NCBI GenBank assembly: GCA_033763455.1
Contig: JANRKO010000011.1
Coordinates: 1 to 64,000 of the forward strand
Length of the DNA stretch: 64,000 bases
Direction: 5' to 3'
Source: Polyangiaceae bacterium
Lineage (GTDB): Bacteria > Myxococcota_A > Polyangia > Polyangiales > Polyangiaceae
Shown here: in pieces, positions 58,993 through 64,000 of the stretch
How positions within the stretch are numbered: position 1 is the first letter of the stretch
How the letters are laid out: every line of letters begins with the position of its first letter
Notes under the pieces: generated by a model
Databases searched by the model: none
What the model was told of the DNA's origin: nothing
Seen by the model: only the letters and a program-made list of their open reading frames with translations
Translations under genes and position numbers: made by a program

Positions 58993-60813
58993 ATGGGTTT
59001 CCGAGACGAACGCGGCGCAATGATGGTGATCGGCGTCTTCATGGCGACGTTCCTGGTCGGCGTTCTCTACTACCTGATTGGCACCGCTGAAGCCGTTTTC
59101 TTTCGGGAAGGCATGCAAGACGCTGCCGATGCAGCAGCGCTCGGGGCGGCGATTGCCCACGCGCGTGGCATGAACTTTATCGCCCTCGTGAATCTGTTGA
59201 TGGCCGCCCTCGTGACGATCCTCTTGACCCTAAAGTTGATCGAGACGGTAGTTATCATTCTGATGGGTGTGCTCACGGCCCTTGCGGCCACCGGGGTTTT
59301 GGCACCTGGGGCCGCGCCCGCCATCACGGCGCTCGAGCCCGTACGCGCAAACGTGAACGCCTTACATGCGCAAGCGAAGGCAATTATCTTCCCGATGTTG
59401 CAGGGCATGAGCCAAGTGAGCAATGCGGTACGCGTGTCGACCCCAGCGGTTGCAGAGCTGCTGACGATAGCTGACGTAGTCAATGGCCGGGACCCTGCAG
59501 ATTTTGGGTTCATGTTGCCGATGCGGATGACGCTCCCGGTAGAGCGTGATCAGTTTTCCGTGCTGTGTGCACGCGCTGGGAGCAATCTCACCCAGCTCGC
59601 TCTCGCACCTTTCAGTGAAGGGGTTTTTACGGTAGTGCGACGCACCATCGATAGCGCGATGAGGAAGCTCGCGGGCTCTCTTTCGGGCTATTTCTGCGGT
59701 GATCCTGGCTCCGAGCCGCCTTCCGTGGAGTTACCCGTGAGGCGCGCGTTTCCTCTCACTGAGCTCGGGAACGCGTGTGTCAAGGAAGCGGAATCGGGCA
59801 CGAGCGATGGCCCAGCCTGTGCCAAAGCCAAAGCAGAAAGCGAACAGGCTGAACCCGACAGCCGCGGCGAATGCAGAAACCAGTGTAAGCCTGGAGAGCT
59901 CTTCGATCGCTACGCTTCCCTTGCGCGCGAGCAGTGCAACCCTGAGCAATCCAGCGGGATTGAATCTTGGAGATGGCAACAGGTGTGGGTAACGGAGAAG
60001 CTCAAGTGGTCCGAGCCTGATGGAGCATGGCTTTCCGATAGTTTGGTTACGAGCGATCAGCGCGTCACCTCAGGGGAAGCCTCACCGTGCAGGGCTTTGG
60101 GTCCTGACGCGACCTGGAACGCAGCTCGCCACACGCCCGAAGATCCCACCAAAGTGCTCCCCGTGTGTACCAGCGAACTCAAAGAGCCATCGCTATTTTT
60201 CCCCAAAACTCAGATCTTCACTCGCCGCTATCAGGCTGTCACGGATGTGTTCAATTGCCTGCGCAACGTGAACGCCACGTACAAGATGAAAGCCCCTGAA
60301 CGCGCCAGAACATCCGGCAAAGAAAATCCCTGGAAAGTGGAAGACGGCGTGGAGCTCGGCCAAGAAGCCTTTCAGATCCGCACCGTAGCTTTGGGTGGCA
60401 CGGGAGATTTGCGCGCTGAATCCGGCGTACGCATCGCCACTTGGGTGGATTGCAGCGGGGGCAAGAATGCCTCAAAAGAAGAATGCCAGGGTGCGGGCAT
60501 CTTTGCTGGCGCAGCTGATCTGCTCGGGCGAATGTCCGTGGCGCAAGCTGAATACTACTTTGAGGGGTCGGTAAAGCGCGAAGAATGGATGTGGAACATG
60601 AATTGGCGCGCGCGCCTGAAACGTTTTCGCCTGCCTGACACCCAACAAAAGCCCGAGAAGAACCCATCAAGTGCCGAGGCCGAACAATTCGGAGGCAAGA
60701 ATGCAGCGAAAAGCTCCGAAGAATCTTGTGGACGCGCCACCGGCAGCCAGCCCGGGCGCTGCCAGCAAATGACAAGCACCCTCGACGTGCTTTCTTCGGT
60801 AGTGAAGCACTGA
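58993..60813 (+). CDS. TadG-like (Tad-domain) large minor pilin with Cys-rich insert
   Basis: DERG-AMMVIG prepilin-like start; MQDAADAAALGAA..ARGMN; C-terminal AQAEYYF..WNMNWRARL. Confidence 0.82.
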   Translation: MGFRDERGAMMVIGVFMATFLVGVLYYLIGTAEAVFFREGMQDAADAAALGAAIAHARGMNFIALVNLLMAALVTILLTLKLIETVVIILMGVLTALAATGVLAPGAAPAITALEPVRANVNALHAQAKAIIFPMLQGMSQVSNAVRVSTPAVAELLTIADVVNGRDPADFGFMLPMRMTLPVERDQFSVLCARAGSNLTQLALAPFSEGVFTVVRRTIDSAMRKLAGSLSGYFCGDPGSEPPSVELPVRRAFPLTELGNACVKEAESGTSDGPACAKAKAESEQAEPDSRGECRNQCKPGELFDRYASLAREQCNPEQSSGIESWRWQQVWVTEKLKWSEPDGAWLSDSLVTSDQRVTSGEASPCRALGPDATWNAARHTPEDPTKVLPVCTSELKEPSLFFPKTQIFTRRYQAVTDVFNCLRNVNATYKMKAPERARTSGKENPWKVEDGVELGQEAFQIRTVALGGTGDLRAESGVRIATWVDCSGGKNASKEECQGAGIFAGAADLLGRMSVAQAEYYFEGSVKREEWMWNMNWRARLKRFRLPDTQQKPEKNPSSAEAEQFGGKNAAKSSEESCGRATGSQPGRCQQMTSTLDVLSSVVKH

Positions 60814-60820
60814 GGCCGCC

Positions 60821-61327
60821 ATGAAGGATCTCCGCTCTGAAAGAGGCGTGGCAAGTGTCGAAGCCGTAATCCTCCTGCCAATCTTCCTTCTTTTGTTTTT
60901 TGGCATTCTTTACGTGGCGCGCGTGAACGACGCCAAGCTTGTCGCGCTCACCGAAGCTCGCAGCCAGGCGTGGATAGCCTCGATGCAGTCATGCGAAGGT
61001 TCTTCCGCTGAGCAAAATCAACAGCACCCTGAAGCTAAGGGAGTTCACGATGCCGTCGGCAAAGCGCTTACGCCCAGTACTCAATCCACCTCCAATACCA
61101 CGTCACTTCCCATTGGTGGCGTAATCGGCAAGATCCTGAATGCTCCGCTCAAAACCCTGTTTGGAGAAAGCGTCACCACACACGCTTCGCGCACCGTTCC
61201 CCGCCCGGCATTCCTCGGAGGCAAGGAAGCTACCGTTGTCGGCAGTTACCGGCTGCCGTGCAACCTCAAGCCGCAAACCCTCTGGGATGTAGCCTCTTCC
61301 CTCTGGGACGCAATCTGGCCCTTTTAG
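60821..61327 (+). CDS. tadE: TadE-like minor pilin
   Basis: SERG-VASVEAVILLPIFLLLFFG; EARSQAW. Confidence 0.85.
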   Translation: MKDLRSERGVASVEAVILLPIFLLLFFGILYVARVNDAKLVALTEARSQAWIASMQSCEGSSAEQNQQHPEAKGVHDAVGKALTPSTQSTSNTTSLPIGGVIGKILNAPLKTLFGESVTTHASRTVPRPAFLGGKEATVVGSYRLPCNLKPQTLWDVASSLWDAIWPF

Positions 61328-61427
61328 CCAGGCCGCCGCTGCGCATTCAGAGGCCTTCCAACGATGAATCCGCACAACGCCTGAATCCGTACCACCAGCC
61401 ATTCACCTCTTCGGAAAGCTTGCTCGC

Positions 61428-62336
61428 GTGACCTTCCTGTTCCTCTTGTTCTCATCTCGGCTTCGCTCACACCTATTTGCACTCCTTCGCGTGGGAGCGC
61501 TTCTCATCGTGTGCAATGTGCTTTTAGCGTTGTTTTGTTTGAGCCGAGCGCGGGCTGACATCACCGAAGCCTTGCTTTCTATGGGCGCTCCCTTCCTGAA
61601 CCTTCCGGGCAGTGAAGCCCACGGTGTTCAGTCTCTACAGGTAAACGGCGCAATATTTCACACCCAGAGCATGAGCCTACCTCAGCCTTGGAGGCGCGTG
61701 CTCGCGGCAGTAGCCAAAGAGTGCAAAAAGAGCGGGCTCGTTGAGCTTGACCAAAAGGGCTGGAAGGCGGTGGCCTCAGCTGACCCCACGGGAAGCGCTT
61801 CGCAGGTATTGCGTGGAGTGTGGCAGGTTGAAGGTGAAGACGAAGGTGTCTTAATTTGCCTTCAAGGCCAACACCCCACACATCTGCAAGAATGGCTCAA
61901 GGCACTGCAAGATTTTGCTCGCACCGGAGCGCTCTCAACCTTAGGGCGCCCTCGCTACGTTCGGGTTCGCCGCACCAAAGACGGAGGATCCGTTTTGCTC
62001 ACGGTGTGGTCCGATGCGGTCCTGAACCTCAAGCGTATGTTTCCGGAAAGCGGAGATTCCCCAGGGAAAGACGCTGAATGGGCTGCGCGTCCCCCGGAAA
62101 GCCGCCGCGTTTTTTCCGCTACAACCACCGCGGCTGGGCCTGCCGTTACAGCTTATCACTCCCGGCAGCCTCCCGAAACCCTGCGCACCTTCTACCGAAA
62201 TGCTCTCACCAAAGATCACTGGGCGTTGGCCTCTGGTACCGAAATTTTGAGTGGCACACGCCCCGATCAGGAGATCCGAGTTCAAGTGCAACGCGATGCG
62301 AACGGTGGGAGCTGGGTCACACTGAGTCAGCTGTAG
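61428..62336 (+). CDS. Hypothetical exported protein following the TadG/TadE pair
   Basis: Hydrophobic N-terminus ending ARA-D; co-oriented with the minor pilins. Confidence 0.6.
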   Translation: MTFLFLLFSSRLRSHLFALLRVGALLIVCNVLLALFCLSRARADITEALLSMGAPFLNLPGSEAHGVQSLQVNGAIFHTQSMSLPQPWRRVLAAVAKECKKSGLVELDQKGWKAVASADPTGSASQVLRGVWQVEGEDEGVLICLQGQHPTHLQEWLKALQDFARTGALSTLGRPRYVRVRRTKDGGSVLLTVWSDAVLNLKRMFPESGDSPGKDAEWAARPPESRRVFSATTTAAGPAVTAYHSRQPPETLRTFYRNALTKDHWALASGTEILSGTRPDQEIRVQVQRDANGGSWVTLSQL

Positions 62337-62379
62337 GTCTAAAATAGTTCTTGCGCAAACGTGCAGGCTCTGCAAATCT

Positions 62380-62463
62380 ATGTCGGCAATGTTTAGCGTT
62401 CGCACTAACACTACGACTACCACCACCCTTCGGGGCGGTATGGTCGTTGTGTTTTCGCGCTAA
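62380..62463 (+). CDS. Threonine-rich leader peptide (thrL-like) MSAMFSVRTNTTTTTTLRGGMVVVFSR
   Basis: ATG 62380 (or 62389) to TAA 62461-62463; 7 Thr codons, 6 consecutive; directly upstream of thrS. Confidence 0.85.
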   Translation: MSAMFSVRTNTTTTTTLRGGMVVVFSR

Positions 62464-62517
62464 GCCGCATCAACTCAACCCCCACATCCCGCCCTTGCGT
62501 GCGGGACCGTTGGTGTT

Positions 62518-62560
62518 GGCTCCGTGCGCTTCGGCTTCTTTACACCGAACCACAGGAGCC
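62518..62560 (+). promoter_or_regulatory. Hairpin sequestering the thrS Shine-Dalgarno
   Basis: GGCTCC-GTG can pair with CAC-A-GGAGCC, which contains AGGAG about 10 nt before ATG 62569. Confidence 0.65.
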
Positions 62561-62568
62561 TTTCACCC

Positions 62569-63765
62569 ATGTCCCATGAAGATCATCGCCAGCTTGGCAA
62601 CCGTCTCGACCTTTTTCACTTTCAGGAAGAAGCCCCGGGTATGGTTTTCTGGCACAAAAATGGCTTAGTATTGCATCGAATCCTCGAAGCTCGAGCACGC
62701 CAAGTGTTCGAACTCCAGGGGTACGAAGAGGTACGAACACCGCTGCTGTTGCGTCAGCCTATCTGGGAAGCGAGCGGGCACTGGGAGCACTTTGCTGGAG
62801 GCATGTTCAAGGTCTCTGATGAGGCCGTGATGGCCGCGCTCAAGCCAGTGAATTGCCCAGGACATGTTCAGTTGATTCAACACCGCTCCGTTTCGTATCG
62901 CGATTTGCCCATAAGGCTTGCCGAGTTTGGCAACGTGCACCGCGACGAACCAGGCGGATGTTTACATGGCCTGTTACGGCTCCGCCAATTCACACAAGAT
63001 GATGGGCACATCTTCTGTACTCTCGCCCAAGCGCCTGCAGAAATCACTGCGTTTTGCCGCAACGTGGCGCCCTTCTACGCAGATTTCGGTTTCAGCGAGA
63101 TCCACATTGCCCTATCCACACGGCCTGCAGCTAGAGTTGGCGACGATGCCCTATGGGATCGCGCCGAGGCCATCCTCACAGAGGTGCTGCAATCTATGGC
63201 TCTTCCGTTCGAGGTCGCCGAAGGAGCAGGAGCATTTTACGGGCCCAAAATTGAGTTCTCGCTCAAAGACAACCAGGGGCGCAGTTGGCAATGCGGCACT
63301 GTACAATTTGATTTCTTCATGCCAGAGCGTTTCGGCCTAGCCTACACTGCGCAAAACGGCGCTCGTGCCCCGCTGGTCATGTTGCATCGCGCACTCTACG
63401 GAAGCTTGGAGCGTTTCCTCGGAGTGCTCCTAGAGCAGCACGGCGCAGCTCTTCCTCCTTGGCTAGCGCCCCTTCAGATCCTCGTGCTTCCCATCGCTTC
63501 GGCCCAAGTAGAGCCTGCCCATGCGTTTGCCCAATCGCTGCGTGAAGTAGGCCTTCGTTGTACGGTCGACGAACGCAAACAAAGCTTGTCGGACAGGGTT
63601 GCCTCTGCCCACGAGCGTGCCGTCCCCCTCTTGGCAATCCTCGGGCCCAAGGAGGTGCGCGAGGGGCACATCGCCGTTCGCCGCGGCGGCACTCAACATT
63701 CCTTACCGTTGGGCGATGCCTTGGCAGAGTTTTCCCGTCTGTGTCAGGCGCCCAAGTTGGGCTAG
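62569..63765 (+). CDS. thrS: Threonine--tRNA ligase, short form lacking the N-terminal TGS and editing domains
   Basis: Begins at DHRQLG; SGHW, KPVNCPGH, HRDE, LHGLLRLRQFTQDDGH, GAFYGPK, WQCGTVQ, MLHRA..GSLERF; 398 aa. Confidence 0.95.
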   Translation: MSHEDHRQLGNRLDLFHFQEEAPGMVFWHKNGLVLHRILEARARQVFELQGYEEVRTPLLLRQPIWEASGHWEHFAGGMFKVSDEAVMAALKPVNCPGHVQLIQHRSVSYRDLPIRLAEFGNVHRDEPGGCLHGLLRLRQFTQDDGHIFCTLAQAPAEITAFCRNVAPFYADFGFSEIHIALSTRPAARVGDDALWDRAEAILTEVLQSMALPFEVAEGAGAFYGPKIEFSLKDNQGRSWQCGTVQFDFFMPERFGLAYTAQNGARAPLVMLHRALYGSLERFLGVLLEQHGAALPPWLAPLQILVLPIASAQVEPAHAFAQSLREVGLRCTVDERKQSLSDRVASAHERAVPLLAILGPKEVREGHIAVRRGGTQHSLPLGDALAEFSRLCQAPKLG

Positions 63766-63777
63766 TCTCACCCGCGA

Positions 63778-64000
63778 ATGCGTGCACGAACTCAACCACG
63801 CCGCTCCTCTCAGGCTGAGCACCCTCCAGCATCGCACGCACTGAGTGTTCGTCCGAAGGGCGCCAAGAGCCACGGCGCCCCGCCAACTCGTTTGCACGAG
63901 CTCCGGCGCGAACACGAGCGCCTGCTCCGGGAAATCGCCAAGAAGAAGCAATCGCTAGAAGCAACGCTCGCAGCTGCGCGCGCGGCCGAGGTGGAGCTAG
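63778..64000 (+). CDS. 3'-partial hypothetical coiled-coil protein
   Basis: ATG 63778, open to the window end; RLHELRREHERLLREIAKKKQSLE. Confidence 0.55.
   Translation, partial: MRARTQPRRSSQAEHPPASHALSVRPKGAKSHGAPPTRLHELRREHERLLREIAKKKQSLEATLAAARAAEVEL

Noticed and set aside
1..64000. Genome-wide TAG-to-sense recoding
   Set aside because: Many genes end at TAG exactly where their families end (dapB, tldE, vapC, the FGE-domain gene, flp, thrS), so TAG is an ordinary stop here
1..64000. Numerous 60-220-aa antisense or alternate-frame ORFs, and tRNA, rRNA, integrase or transposase genes
   Set aside because: The alternate ORFs are Arg/Pro/Ser-rich shadows expected at this GC content; no RNA gene or mobility enzyme motif was recognised by eye

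Overview
Bacterial chromosomal window, roughly 60% GC by eye. Gene content (AgmX/PglI-type C-terminal domain, DUF1592-family protein, Cys-rich vWA and FGE-sulfatase lipoproteins, FHA-fused CpaF) points to Myxococcota, probably Polyangiales; this placement is inferred, not searched. The first 41 kb mixes housekeeping genes (TPP-riboswitch-controlled thiC, lgt, dapA/dapB, rsmB, rseP, tldD/tldE, SMUG1-type glycosylase, transporters, a desaturase-membrane protein-lipase operon) with decaying accessory DNA (HigA lacking its HTH core, two genes broken by in-frame TAG codons, an ATPase remnant) and a vapBC module. The region 41.2-62.3 kb holds a Tad/Flp pilus system resembling the myxobacterial Kil predation apparatus: a 14-gene minus-strand cluster with two intact CpaF ATPases (one FHA-fused), a membrane protein with repeated candidate phospho-Thr motifs, and a divergent TadG/TadE cluster. 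A lipoprotein plus NlpC/P60 hydrolase pair sits between the two clusters. Unannotated cis-elements read directly from the DNA include a Thr-rich leader peptide with an SD-sequestering hairpin before an editing-domain-less thrS paralog, a 19-codon uORF abutting an intrinsic terminator before an MFS gene, a 7-8-7 inverted-repeat motif present twice in inverted orientation about 7 kb apart, and palindromes over apparently leaderless promoters. No rRNA, tRNA, CRISPR array, integrase or transposase was recognised. All family calls come from motif recognition by eye.
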